A stretch of DNA of 64,000 bases from an uncultured cyanobacterium. Its GTDB lineage: Bacteria; Cyanobacteriota; Cyanobacteriia; Cyanobacteriales; Microcystaceae. Numbering within the stretch: the stretch's first letter is position 1; the number at the start of each line of letters is the position of its first letter. Below the pieces are notes generated by a model. The model was not told where the DNA came from, searched no databases, and saw nothing but the letters and a program-made list of their open reading frames with translations. Below are positions 53,646 through 64,000 of this stretch, one piece after another. The position numbers and the translations under genes are program-made. The DNA is taken from NCBI GenBank assembly GCA_963807635.1, contig CAWEDJ010000016.1:1-64000 (forward strand), in the 5' to 3' direction.

Positions 53646-54323
53646 CTATCCTGTAAATTGCCAAATTAAAATTGCGTACAGGTAGGCGATCGCTTCCGAA
53701 GTAATTGTCCGAAAACCTGCACTAGAAGCCCACCATTTAGTAGGTTCATAAAAAGGAGAAGGATAGGCAAGAATTCCAACAGAAATTTCGGGATATAAAA
53801 TTCGCGAAAAAATAAACCAACTTCTTCTACTATGAGCATCGTAGGAATATACATTAATTGCCTTAATTGGTAATGAAGATGCTAAAATCCAATTTTTAAT
53901 TCCTAAAGCGGATGCGGCTGTTCGGTCTTTTTTGAGTCTAGGGGTAGGGATCACAACAATTTTATCGGGATCAACACCTAAATTAATTAACATCGCTTCT
54001 GCAAGTCCCGCATAACTTTTATAACTAGCTAAAACAGAGCCTTCTCCTAATTCTTCCCCTGTGGTCAAAATTAAATCATATTTACCTTGTTGAAATTCCA
54101 TTTTTGCTGCTTTCATTCCATACTCATCGATCCATCCTTCAACGACTAATATTTGGGATGGAATGGGTTGAGAAATTACTAAAAAAGGTTGGACTGTTCT
54201 GAGAATTAAAATCAAAAGTATGATTAAGGAAATAGTCAATATTCCCCAACCTTGGGGGCTTAATGTCCACTGTGGTTTATATTCTAAGAGTCCCCAAAGT
54301 TTTGTTATTTTAGGATAGGGCAT
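53646..54323 (-). CDS. YdcF/ElyC (DUF218) family protein
   Basis: N-terminal TM, LVVEGW, ILTTG, HSRRS. Confidence 0.75.
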   Translation of the reverse strand: MPYPKITKLWGLLEYKPQWTLSPQGWGILTISLIILLILILRTVQPFLVISQPIPSQILVVEGWIDEYGMKAAKMEFQQGKYDLILTTGEELGEGSVLASYKSYAGLAEAMLINLGVDPDKIVVIPTPRLKKDRTAASALGIKNWILASSLPIKAINVYSYDAHSRRSWFIFSRILYPEISVGILAYPSPFYEPTKWWASSAGFRTITSEAIAYLYAILIWQFTG

Positions 54324-54443
54324 TTTGGATAATAATATTTTTTCGCGAAACAAACCCAATTCTGTTATTATCAGACAGGGTTTATTTTTACCTAATTTTA
54401 AGATAAATCTCTCTAAAATATTTTTTATTTTAAACGATTAATA

Positions 54444-54919
54444 ATGAATCAAACCCTTGAGTCTGTGACAATTTACACCGATGGTGCTTGTATCGGCAAC
54501 CCTGGCCCTGGTGGCTATGGTGTGGTTTTACTTCATCAGGGCGATCGCCAGGAATTGTCGGCAGGATACCGCCTAACGACGAATAATCGGATGGAAATGA
54601 TGGCGGCGATCGCGGCTCTAGAAGCGTTGAGTAACCCTTCTGTCGTCACACTCTATAGTGATTCTCAGTATTTAATTAATGCGATAGAGAAAGGTTGGGC
54701 TAAAAAATGGCAGGCGAATGGTTGGAAGCGAAACGCGAAGGAAATGGCAAAAAATCCCGACCTTTGGGAACGGTTATTAAAACTCTGTAAAGAACATAAG
54801 GTGAAATTTATTTGGGTCAGGGGTCATTCGGGTAATGCGGAAAATGAAAAATGCGATCGCCTAGCGGTGGCCGCGCCAGACAATCCAACTTATTATCAGA
54901 TGACGGTTATACGCCTTAA
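54444..54919 (+). CDS. rnhA: Ribonuclease HI (indel near 54875)
   Basis: IYTDGAC.GNPGPGG, TTNNRME, SDSQY, WVRGHSG, NEKCDRLA. Confidence 0.95.
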
Positions 54920-54928
54920 TGTTGAGTA

Positions 54929-55573
54929 TTGAGTTCTACTTTAGTCGAAGAACGCTATAATTTACGCGTATATCCTGTGTTAATTAACATATTACCGATT
55001 TCGACTAAACAAATGATTCCTAATCGCTATTATTCAGAAATTTTAGGAATCACTGCTCATCAAGATTATCAAGTCATCAATCTTTGGGAAGTCGATGTTA
55101 ATTTAATTTTTCGAGATAATCTCTCTACTTTATTACCGTTTGTTCCCATTTTGAAAGGAGGAAATAGTGAAAATAACCTACGTCAAGCCGTGAGAGAATT
55201 ACGGGCAGACGAACAGTTAAAAGACTTAGAACCCTTATTATCATTTTTCGCTAGTTTTGTGTTAGATATTCCTTTAGTACAACAAATTATGAGGTGGGAT
55301 ATGACCGTATTACGAGAATCGCCTTGGTATCAAGAAATTCTGAAAAAAGGATTGGAAAGAGGCGAGAAACAAGGATTAGAGCAGGGATTGGAACGTGGTT
55401 TGCAACAAGGTTTGCAACAGGGTTTACGGCAGGGAGAAGCCATTTTAATTTTACGTCAATTAGATCGACATTTTAGTACCATTGAGTTTTCTCTAAAACA
55501 AAAAATTCAAAATCTATCCACTGCTCAACTAGAATTATTGGGAGAAAGTTTACTTGATTTTTCTGAATTGTAA
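54929..55573 (+). pseudogene. 5'-truncated Rpn-family/DUF4351 protein with a premature stop
   Basis: Starts mid-domain (EERYNLRVYPVLINIL); LRESPWYQEI, GLEQ repeats, LGESLLDF; TAA sits where the 56.4 kb paralog has CAA. Confidence 0.72.
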
Positions 55574-55674
55574 GATTTATTGAATTGGTTAGAAAAAATT
55601 AATTGAGTTGATTTGAAAGGCGATCGCTTAAATTATTGTTGTGATTATTTAAGTAAGGGGAATGTATTCCGAAA

Positions 55675-55989
55675 ATGTTAACTGCGGATTTATTGACTCA
55701 AATTGTGCAGAGATTGGTGGAAAGCTTGCATCCTGAACAGATTATTTTGTTTGGTTCTCATGCCTATGGTGAACCCAATGAGGACAGTGATGTTGATTTA
55801 TTTGTGATTGTCTCTGAGTCTGATCAACCTCGTTATCGGCGATCGCGTGAAGCGTATAAGTCTCTAAGCGGAATCGGTATATCGAAAGACATTATTGTGA
55901 TGACTCGTGCAGAGGTTGAGCGTAAAGCGAATGTTACCAGTTCATTTGTTCATCAAGTGCTTCACCAAGGGAAGGTTTTATATGGATGA
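55675..55989 (+). CDS. Minimal nucleotidyltransferase (MNT antitoxin)
   Basis: IILFGSHAYG...SDVDL. Confidence 0.88.
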   Translation: MLTADLLTQIVQRLVESLHPEQIILFGSHAYGEPNEDSDVDLFVIVSESDQPRYRRSREAYKSLSGIGISKDIIVMTRAEVERKANVTSSFVHQVLHQGKVLYG

Positions 55990-56077
55990 CGTAAAATCTG
56001 AAGCGGAAGAAGCTTTGGCAATGGCTGACTTGATTCTGAGTTTTGTTGTTCTATTGTTACCCGATGATTTTCAATAA
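55982..56077 (+). pseudogene. Internally deleted HEPN toxin remnant
   Basis: Overlaps the MNT stop; 31 aa MDDVKSEAEEALAMADLILSFVVLLLPDDFQ, resembling a HEPN start fused to the last HEPN helix. Confidence 0.55.
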
Positions 56078-56438
56078 ATTCACTCAAGTAGCAACAAACG
56101 TAAAGAAAATAGCTGATCCAAGACAAAAAAACAATATTGCGGCTTGTGTTGAATTGTTGGCTGGTATTAATTATTCGGAGGATTTAATCAAAATGTATTT
56201 ACATGATGATATTTTAAAGGAGTCTGTTACTTATCAACGAATCCTTAATGATGGCGGAAAACAAGAGGCAATTGCTATTGTTACTAGACTTCTGAAAAAA
56301 CGCTTTGGTGAGATTTCTGAAACTTTAAAACCTCAACTTAATGTCTTATCCATTGAACAACTAAAATCTTTAGGAGAAAGTTTACTAGATTTTACTGAGT
56401 TACAAGATTTGATGAATTGGTTAGAGAATAATACTTGA
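56078..56438 (+). pseudogene. C-terminal fragment of a second Rpn/DUF4351 protein
   Basis: ILKESVTYQRIL, RLLKKRFG, LGESLLDF..LQDLMNWL; no N-terminal nuclease domain. Confidence 0.7.
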
Positions 56439-56518
56439 TTTTTTATGAATAGGCGATCGCTTTTTGTTTAATCTAGGGTATTTTAAGATAGTGGTTAACC
56501 CATCGTTTTTTAAATGTT

Positions 56519-56716
56519 ATGTCTGATACGGTGATCGAGGTCGAGAATCTCAGTAAGAAATATATTATTGGTCATCAGAAGCAGGAGCGTTACAGGTTGT
56601 TGCGGGATGTGATTGCGGATGGGGCTAAGGCTTTTTGGCGATCGCTTTCTGGTGGGGCTGGGATTCCTGAGAATAGGAGGCGTTTTAGCCATCGAAGAAT
56701 GTTTTGTTTGAAGTAA
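56519..56716 (+). pseudogene. Duplicated 5' fragment of wzt
   Basis: About 170-bp diverged copy of 57365-57538. Confidence 0.85.
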
Positions 56717-56786
56717 AATAAGGAAACTATATGGCGATTATGGAGCGGAAAATCAATTTTATTGGGAACTTAATATTTTATGAGGT

Positions 56787-57254
56787 ATGACAATGCTCAC
56801 TCAAACAAACTTTAAAAAGTTGTACGAACTCGACTCCTATTTATGGATAGAAAAAACGATTGAAGTTTTAAAAACTCACAGTTTAAAGGATTTGGACATT
56901 GAAAATTTAATTGAGGAGTTAGAGAGTTTGGGGAAAAGAGATTTTAATAAGGTCAGAAGTCTTTTACGGCAGATTATGATTCATCTATTATTGTTAGAAT
57001 ATTGGTCAGAAGAGTATGACAGAAATTATCGTCATTGGGAAGCAGAAATATTAGCTTTTAGATCTGATTTGAAAGATAATTTGACAACTACTCTAGAAAA
57101 TAAATTATATGAGGGATTGGATGATTTATATGATGATGCTTCCAAATATATGTTGAAAAAGACAGGGTTAGCGAATAGCATTATCCCAATGAATTGTCCT
57201 TATTCTTTTCAGCAATTGTCGGATAAAAATTGGTATCCTCACCCTAAAGTTTAA
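56787..57254 (+). CDS. DUF29 family protein
   Basis: LYELDSYLW, LDIENLIEELESLG, HLL, CPYSF. Confidence 0.9.
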   Translation: MTMLTQTNFKKLYELDSYLWIEKTIEVLKTHSLKDLDIENLIEELESLGKRDFNKVRSLLRQIMIHLLLLEYWSEEYDRNYRHWEAEILAFRSDLKDNLTTTLENKLYEGLDDLYDDASKYMLKKTGLANSIIPMNCPYSFQQLSDKNWYPHPKV

Positions 57255-57366
57255 TCAATCATTGAATGACCAGTTATCTTTTTGTGAAGATGATGAGTAT
57301 TTTTGTGAGTGTTTTGGGTATCTTAAGAATAGGACTAAATTAAGTCGTTAATTTATTTTGTGTTTT

Positions 57367-58657
57367 ATGTCTGATACGGTGATCGAGGTCGAGAATCTCA
57401 GCAAAAAATATATTATTGGTCATCAGAAGCAGGAGCGTTACACAGCGTTGCGGGATGTGATTGCGGATGGGGCGAAGTCTTTTTGGCGATCGCTGTCTGG
57501 TGGGGGGTCTGGGATTCCTGAGAATAAGGAGGAGTTTTGGGCGTTGAAGGATGTTTCCTTTGAGGTGAAGCAGGGGGAATGTATTGGGATTATTGGGCGC
57601 AATGGGGCGGGTAAGTCAACGTTATTAAAGATTTTGAGTCGGATTACGGAGCCTACGACGGGACGGATCAAGATTGGGTCGGGTGGCGAGTTTGTTGGAG
57701 GTGGGGACGGGTTTTCATCCTGAGTTGACGGGCGCGAGAATATTTTTCTCAATGGTTCGATTTTGGGGATGAGTCGGGCTGAGATTAAGGCTAAGTTTGA
57801 TGAGATTGTGGATTTTGCGGAGGTGGAGAAGTTTCTGGATACGCCTGTTAAGCGTTATTCTTCGGGGATGTATGTGCGGTTGGCGTTTGCGGTGGCGGCG
57901 CATTTGGAGCCTGAGATTTTGATTGTGGATGAGGTGTTGGCGGTGGGGGATGCGGCAGTTTCAGAAGAAGTGTTTGGGGAAGATGGAGGATGTGGGAAAA
58001 GAGGGAAGAACGGTTTTATTTGTGAGCCATAATATGAAGGCTATTGAATTTTTATGTAAAAAAGTAATCATATTAAATCAAGGTAAACTTCAAGCCTATG
58101 GAGATACTAATTTAATGACAAAAGATTATTTATCTCTTAATACAGAAACTTTATATAGATTAGATAAAATTTGGAATCGTGACGATATGCCAGGAAATGA
58201 TTTAATAAGAATACATAGTATAAAAGTAGTTCCAGATAACGATCCTCACAAAACTGATATAACTTATACTTCGCCTATAAAAATAGAGATTATGTATAAA
58301 ATTTTATGCCAAGAAACTCTTTTTATACTAGCTCTGCACCTTAAAACTCTTTTAGGAGACATTGTCTTTGCTACTGCTTCAAAATTAACCACGCTTAAGG
58401 CTGGTATGTATGTAACAAAGTGTTTTATTCCTTGTAAATTCTTAAATAGTTGTGCCTATTCAATATCTTTATATTTTGATAGGGGCTACGGAAATCATCT
58501 GTATATAATCGAAAATAATCATGAGTTAACATTCAAAGTTTATGAAGATATTCCTAGAGATATCGGTATTCCTGTTCAAGATGAGTATCCAGGGGCAGTA
58601 CGTCCCGAATTTAAGATGGGAAACACAATTGTTAACTTAAACTTCGCAACAAAATAG
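57367..58657 (+). CDS. wzt: Polysaccharide ABC exporter ATP-binding subunit with Wzt C-terminal domain (about three indels)
   Basis: [39 protein letters not shown], beta-rich C-terminal domain. Confidence 0.88.
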
Positions 58658-58690
58658 TAATTCATAATTTATATAAGCGGAACTAAAAGT

Positions 58691-59692
58691 ATGTTATTTC
58701 ATTCTCTTTTTAAGAAAATTTTTCCTGATTCACTAAGAAAATATATAAGAAAAGTTGACAAAGGTTTTCAGTCTATTGTTAAAGAAAATTATGAATTAAA
58801 ACAAAAACTAACTAATTCAGAAAGATATGAAAAGAATTATGAACCCATTTTGCAAACCTGCGAAACTGTCATACGATTTTATATCGAAGATATATTTTTA
58901 AATAATGAAGAATCTTTCCGCACAGATTCTAAATTAGATTATAAAAATATAAAAAATATTTTGCCTAATAGTGGAGGTATTAAAATTAATCAAAACTATT
59001 TGTCTGCTAAAGAGATAATCATGCAATTTGGTGATAGCGAAAATAGACAACAAGCCATCAATGGTTTTGAAGGATTTGCACCAGATGATGCTATTTTTGA
59101 TTCAGAAAATCAATCTTACGAAATGTGGAGTTACTTAAATTTAGCTGGCGTGTTGGCCTACTTATCCTTAAAAAAAAGTACCAATCCTACATTTTTAGAA
59201 CTAGGATGTGGAGCGTCACATCTCTTCTATTTTTTGCGCTCGTATCGAATAAATAACTATATAGGAATTGATGGACATTCAGATTTTATAAATTTTAATC
59301 CTTATTTGAAAGGCTATGAAGAACACCTCATGATACAAAATCTACAAGAAGAAATTAAATTACAATCGTTAGATGGACGGAATATATTATTCGATGTGAT
59401 ATTGTCTTTTGAAGTTATGGAGCATATTAGAGAAGATAAGATTGATAATCTTCTTAAAACCATACTTAATCATATGCATCAAAAATCAATATTAATTTGT
59501 ACAGCTTCATTACAAGAGTTAGATGTTCATATTTTAGTAAGAGAAAGAAAGTGGTGGTTAAAACGTTTTGAAAATTTTGGATTATTTCCTATTCAAAATG
59601 ATAGCGTACTTATTGAAATAATTGGAAAATGTCACCCATTTAACTGGAAGCCAACTGATACGAATATTTTCATTATGGAATTAAAAAATTGA
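58691..59692 (+). CDS. Class I SAM-dependent methyltransferase in the glycan cluster
   Basis: FLELGCG, FDVILSFEVMEHI. Confidence 0.8.
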   Translation: MLFHSLFKKIFPDSLRKYIRKVDKGFQSIVKENYELKQKLTNSERYEKNYEPILQTCETVIRFYIEDIFLNNEESFRTDSKLDYKNIKNILPNSGGIKINQNYLSAKEIIMQFGDSENRQQAINGFEGFAPDDAIFDSENQSYEMWSYLNLAGVLAYLSLKKSTNPTFLELGCGASHLFYFLRSYRINNYIGIDGHSDFINFNPYLKGYEEHLMIQNLQEEIKLQSLDGRNILFDVILSFEVMEHIREDKIDNLLKTILNHMHQKSILICTASLQELDVHILVRERKWWLKRFENFGLFPIQNDSVLIEIIGKCHPFNWKPTDTNIFIMELKN

Positions 59693-59763
59693 TAAAAATT
59701 GATAAAAATTGACTTTGCCTAGAAATTAATACTTTTATTTTTGTTTGTTTACTTAATACAATT

Positions 59764-61005
59764 ATGATAAATGATAATTTATTATCTGATAATATTTTTA
59801 TTATCGAGCCACGATTGTGGACAATGGAAGGACATGAATTTGAACACGTTATGGAATTTGCAAAAGGAATAAAACACTTTTATCCAGATCGTAAAGTGAT
59901 CGTTTTATCAGGAAAACAGGACGATAATTTGCGAAATGAACTTAAGAAGGTAGGTTTTATTGATTTAGCGTTTGAATGTTTTCCCCGTCGAATAATTTCA
60001 GATAGTAGTTCCATCTTTTATCTTTTAAAATCATCCTTTCAAGATGCACTTTCATTACGTTCTATATTAAAAAAATGTGCTGGTTATAAAAATGTTAATT
60101 TACTCTTTAGCTCGTTAGCATTATATCAATTTTTATTGTTAGCTTTTTCACGTCTTGTGATGCCCTTTTGGAAAATCAAAGCAATAGGCATATTTCGCTA
60201 TGATCCAATTAGTACAAGAGGAAAATTAAGAAAAAAATATTATTTTATTTTAAAAATTTTTCCTGCTAATCTGTTGTGGAAATTGGCAATTAGAGACACA
60301 AAAATTGGGGTAGATAGCCATATTTTACAAGATATTTTATGTCATGAATTTAAAATTAAATCATCTCTAGCTCCTATTCCTATTCCAGGTGTCTGGAAAA
60401 TCGAAAAAGATAATCCTAACTTACTGAATTTTAAGACTGAAAAATTACCGCTAACCGTTGGCTATATTGGACAACCAAGATCATCGCGTGGATTTGAGTT
60501 ATTTGTTAACGTAGCAAGTGCAATGGAAAAGGAACGTTTAGCAAATTTAATAAAATTTAAAATAGTCATTTCTCCCGATGAAGATAATTTTTGGAATACA
60601 AGCAATTCTGTTGATATTTTCCGATTTAATCTGATTGGTACTTTCTTTGAAGAGCGTCTTATGGATAGTGAAGATTTTGCTTATCAAATGAGTCAAGTTG
60701 ATATTATCTGGGCTTTGGGAGATCCTAGTATATATAAAAGACAAACTAGCGGGGTTGTCACTCATGCAATATGTTTGGGAAAGAAGCTAATCACAAATAA
60801 AGGAGGTTGGGCAGAAGAACTTCTCAAAAATTCTCAAGATATCCGTTTTTTAGAGCCAAATTTAGAAGAGGTAATCATTGCCTTACATTCATTCTTATCT
60901 AATTATACGGAACAAAAAAATGAAGACAAGAGTATTCCCGATACATGGAGAAAAACAAATTCTCAATCTGCATTTTATCAATGGATATTTGAAAACTTAA
61001 GCTAA
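59764..61005 (+). CDS. GT-B fold glycosyltransferase
   Basis: GHEFE near the N-terminus, GYIGQPR..RG, Y...TSGV...A. Confidence 0.7.
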   Translation: MINDNLLSDNIFIIEPRLWTMEGHEFEHVMEFAKGIKHFYPDRKVIVLSGKQDDNLRNELKKVGFIDLAFECFPRRIISDSSSIFYLLKSSFQDALSLRSILKKCAGYKNVNLLFSSLALYQFLLLAFSRLVMPFWKIKAIGIFRYDPISTRGKLRKKYYFILKIFPANLLWKLAIRDTKIGVDSHILQDILCHEFKIKSSLAPIPIPGVWKIEKDNPNLLNFKTEKLPLTVGYIGQPRSSRGFELFVNVASAMEKERLANLIKFKIVISPDEDNFWNTSNSVDIFRFNLIGTFFEERLMDSEDFAYQMSQVDIIWALGDPSIYKRQTSGVVTHAICLGKKLITNKGGWAEELLKNSQDIRFLEPNLEEVIIALHSFLSNYTEQKNEDKSIPDTWRKTNSQSAFYQWIFENLS

Positions 61006-61014
61006 TACAATTCT

Positions 61015-62355
61015 ATGAAAAATAACTTTAACAAAAAAACAGAAGTGAATATTTTATTTGTTGCCGATTTTATACCAGGTGTTGGATATGGCGCAAGTAC
61101 ATATACCTTATCTATTCTTGAATACCTATTAAAAGAGAATTGTAATATTACCTATATTTCAACTAAGATAAATATGAAAAGCTTGATAGAGTTATCGAGT
61201 TTTTCTCCCAGCATAAAAAAAATTTTATTGAAAAGTTTATTTCGTTATTTTAAGTTTTTATTAACTAACCCAATTCTATGGAAGGAATATTTTATAAGTT
61301 TTATTTTTTTTCTCTATTCATCTTTACCGATACCAGTAAAAAAGCAATATCGTTCTCTTAAAAGATTGTTATTAAAACCTTTAGGCATACAATTTAAAGA
61401 TGATAGTGATTTTAATCCGAATCTAATTAAGAATAATCAAAATTTAGATAGCATCACAAAAAAAGAAACCATTCCACTTATTCAAAAAGAGGCTCTAAAG
61501 TTTCGCCCTCAAATTATTATTAGTAATTATGTTTGGATGGCTTATGCTTTTGATTTTGTTGACTCAAATACATTAAAAGTCATTATTACTCATGACATTA
61601 TGCATGAACGATTCAAAACTTTTGAAAAATGTAAGCTTACCAATGCAGAATCTCATTTATTAGATTGGGATAAACAAACTGAAATTAAAGCTTTAAGTAA
61701 AGCAGATTTATTATTAGCTATTCAAGAGGATGAAGCGAGAAGCTTAAATAATTTAGACATGAGTAATGAGATTTTTACAGTCCCAATGGCGATTAATTTT
61801 CATCCTTCTATTTCTGATCAAATAACAGGAAGATGCTTATTTATCGGTAGTCAATCAAAACATAATTTTTATAGTTTATGTTGGTTTTTAGATGAAGTAT
61901 GGCAAGAATTATTGGGAGCGTCACCATCTGTTGAATTACACGTATGTGGCGGTGTTGGTAATTGGTTTAAAAATGATTATAAAAATGTTTACTTCAAAGG
62001 AATCGTGCCAGATTTATCTCTTGAATATTCTCAAGCTCAGGTATGTATTATCCCAAATATTGTAGGTAGTGGACTAAAAATTAAATTAATAGAAGCACTA
62101 TCCTATGGAAAAGCCTGTGTTTCTACTTCTATTGGCTTACAAGGATTAACAGAGCTTTCTAATGAAGTCGTTTTATTAGCCGACGATCCAGATGCTTTTC
62201 GTCTAGCGGTATTAGAATTATTAACAAATAATGAAAAACGAGAAAAAATAGAATCTTTAGCCAAAGATTACGTTATCAATAATTTATCACCAGATATTGT
62301 TTACGCTCCTCTTGTTGACAGATTTTATCAGCATATAAATAAATTAAAAATTTAA
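61015..62355 (+). CDS. Glycosyltransferase family 4-like
   Basis: LFIGS, GSGLKIKLIEALSYG. Confidence 0.82.
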   Translation: MKNNFNKKTEVNILFVADFIPGVGYGASTYTLSILEYLLKENCNITYISTKINMKSLIELSSFSPSIKKILLKSLFRYFKFLLTNPILWKEYFISFIFFLYSSLPIPVKKQYRSLKRLLLKPLGIQFKDDSDFNPNLIKNNQNLDSITKKETIPLIQKEALKFRPQIIISNYVWMAYAFDFVDSNTLKVIITHDIMHERFKTFEKCKLTNAESHLLDWDKQTEIKALSKADLLLAIQEDEARSLNNLDMSNEIFTVPMAINFHPSISDQITGRCLFIGSQSKHNFYSLCWFLDEVWQELLGASPSVELHVCGGVGNWFKNDYKNVYFKGIVPDLSLEYSQAQVCIIPNIVGSGLKIKLIEALSYGKACVSTSIGLQGLTELSNEVVLLADDPDAFRLAVLELLTNNEKREKIESLAKDYVINNLSPDIVYAPLVDRFYQHINKLKI

Positions 62356-62362
62356 GGTATTG

Positions 62363-63550
62363 ATGAATAAAAATAAAATTGTACTTATTTCTCTAGTTCT
62401 ATTTGATTGTGGAGGAATTGGCCATAACTATGAATATGTCAATGCCGTTTATAATGCCACAAAAACAATAGGATGGACACATTATGCCGCCCTTCCTGCT
62501 AACTTTCTAACTATTAACTTAAAAAAAACATGGATAGCTTGCTTAAGCAATTGTAGAAGATTGAGTGACAAAAAAGAAAATCTACTCATTAAATTATTTC
62601 GATTAACACTAAACTCACTTAAATTATCAAAATCAATTTATCAATATTTAGATAATACCCTATCAACCATCGATCAAGAATCATTACCGATAATTTTTAT
62701 TGATAGCTTTAAACCCCCAGAAATCTTAGCTTTTACCATAGCCTTATTTTTTCTCCCCCATAAAAAACTTACCGTATGGTTATTTTATCGCCACGATGAC
62801 TATCAAAAAAAACTCATAGGAAAATTTTATAAAATCATCAACATTGTCATAAAAAATAAAATTACAGAAAATAAATTTATACTTTTAACAGATAGTAAAA
62901 AATTACAAAAATCCTTAAACTCTTATTTCAAACAACAAATTCACCTTTTGCCAATTCCACACACACACAATCTTAAAAATATCATTGAAGACGAGATTAT
63001 TAAAAACACTACCGATATATCAATTTCAGCTTGGTGGTGTGGCAACCCAAACTTAGAAAAAGGACTAAAAACCATTCAAGAATTAGTAATGCTATCAGAT
63101 CCATTTGCAAAATACATACATTTATTCACATCTAAAAATGCCTATTTGCCCAACGTCAATAACAACATTAAAATCACTTATTTACCAGCTTATTTAACTC
63201 GTCAAGAATATTTACAACAATTAAATAATGTAGATATTTTATTATTACCCTATGACTCAGAAATATATCGAGAAAGAACTTCAGGCATATTTGTAGAAGC
63301 CATCTGTGCAGGCAAAATTCCCTTTGTGACTCAAGGAACCTGGATGGCAACAGAATTGATTCCCTATGATCTAAACGAATTAATTATTGACTGGACAAAA
63401 AATAACGTATTTGAATCCATATTTACAATCGCAAATAATACAATTACTCGAAAAAAAATCATGATAATGCGTGACGATTACTTAAAATTCCACTCAGTCG
63501 AATCTTACGCTAGACAGATGCAACAAATCTTTGACTTATCAGCCGACTAA
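62363..63550 (+). CDS. GT-B fold glycosyltransferase
   Basis: GHNYEY, EKG, LLPYD..YRERTSGIFVEA; same motif type as 59764-61005. Confidence 0.72.
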   Translation: MNKNKIVLISLVLFDCGGIGHNYEYVNAVYNATKTIGWTHYAALPANFLTINLKKTWIACLSNCRRLSDKKENLLIKLFRLTLNSLKLSKSIYQYLDNTLSTIDQESLPIIFIDSFKPPEILAFTIALFFLPHKKLTVWLFYRHDDYQKKLIGKFYKIINIVIKNKITENKFILLTDSKKLQKSLNSYFKQQIHLLPIPHTHNLKNIIEDEIIKNTTDISISAWWCGNPNLEKGLKTIQELVMLSDPFAKYIHLFTSKNAYLPNVNNNIKITYLPAYLTRQEYLQQLNNVDILLLPYDSEIYRERTSGIFVEAICAGKIPFVTQGTWMATELIPYDLNELIIDWTKNNVFESIFTIANNTITRKKIMIMRDDYLKFHSVESYARQMQQIFDLSAD

Positions 63551-63695
63551 ATCCCAGAAAAACTTAATTTAATATAAAAAAGCGATCGCGCCCAACAATT
63601 TAGTTAGTCAAAATGTGCCAAAGAAACCGTAGAAATTTACAAAACAATCACATAATTTTTACATTTCAAATCTGGAGTCTCTTTAATCAATAAAA

Positions 63696-64000
63696 ATGCA
63701 ACTTCTCTATACCCTAACGACCTATCCCCCCGCGATCGGTGGCGCACAACTCCATCAACACCTCATCGCCCAACAACTCAAACAAAAACACCCAATTCAA
63801 GTGATTAGCCATTGGAATCAAAACCGCACCGACTGGCTACTCGGAACAACCATTAACGCCCCAAAAGATCCCCTAAACTACACCATTGATGACATTCCCG
63901 TTCACCGCTTCGGACTCAACCTTAACGATAAAATCCGACTACTTCCCTATCTTCCCCTCTACTATCCCGTGATGGATTTTGCCCTTCCCGCGATCGCCAA
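63696..64000 (+). CDS. Glycosyltransferase family 4, N-terminal part (runs off the window)
   Basis: MQLLYTLTTYPPAIGGAQLHQH...; frame open to the window end; missing from the ORF track. Confidence 0.75.
   Translation, partial: MQLLYTLTTYPPAIGGAQLHQHLIAQQLKQKHPIQVISHWNQNRTDWLLGTTINAPKDPLNYTIDDIPVHRFGLNLNDKIRLLPYLPLYYPVMDFALPAIA

Noticed and set aside
55350..55436. 12-bp tandem repeats
   Set aside because: Ordinary GLEQ/GLQQ coding repeats typical of Rpn/DUF4351 proteins.
59684..59713. AAAAATTGAT x3 tandem repeat
   Set aside because: Simple slippage at a stop codon in AT-rich DNA; no evidence of function.

Overview
Chromosomal segment of a unicellular (Chroococcales-like) cyanobacterium. Evidence: dense HIP1 octamers (GCGATCGC), ebsA, psb34, glbN, urtDE, hpnK/hpnI, a cyanobacterial LexA box, and NtcA- and NrtR-type sites. 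Most of the window is housekeeping genes plus one tRNA (anticodon CAT). About 15 conserved genes are split by 1-2 nt indels. Many lesions fall at or beside GGCC, so I read them as long-read errors that may reflect GGCC methylation, not as real pseudogenes. Accessory parts: an IS5-family element interrupting an AAA ATPase (1-2.4 kb); an island of small genes punctuated by a ~30-bp-periodic HIP1 array (29.1-31.1 kb); an AT-rich stand-alone multi-domain diadenylate-cyclase-like gene (41.8-43.2 kb); a patch of Rpn/DUF4351, MNT-HEPN and DUF29 remnants with direct repeats (54.9-57.5 kb); and a wzt-methyltransferase-glycosyltransferase cassette (57.4-64 kb). Intergenic DNA carries REP-like hairpins and small MITE-like elements, some nested. 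Best candidates for something new are the HIP1-delimited cassette array, the orphan DAC-domain protein, a LexA lacking its catalytic serine, and hairpins shared between different MITE shells. All family assignments come from motif recognition by eye; no searches were run.
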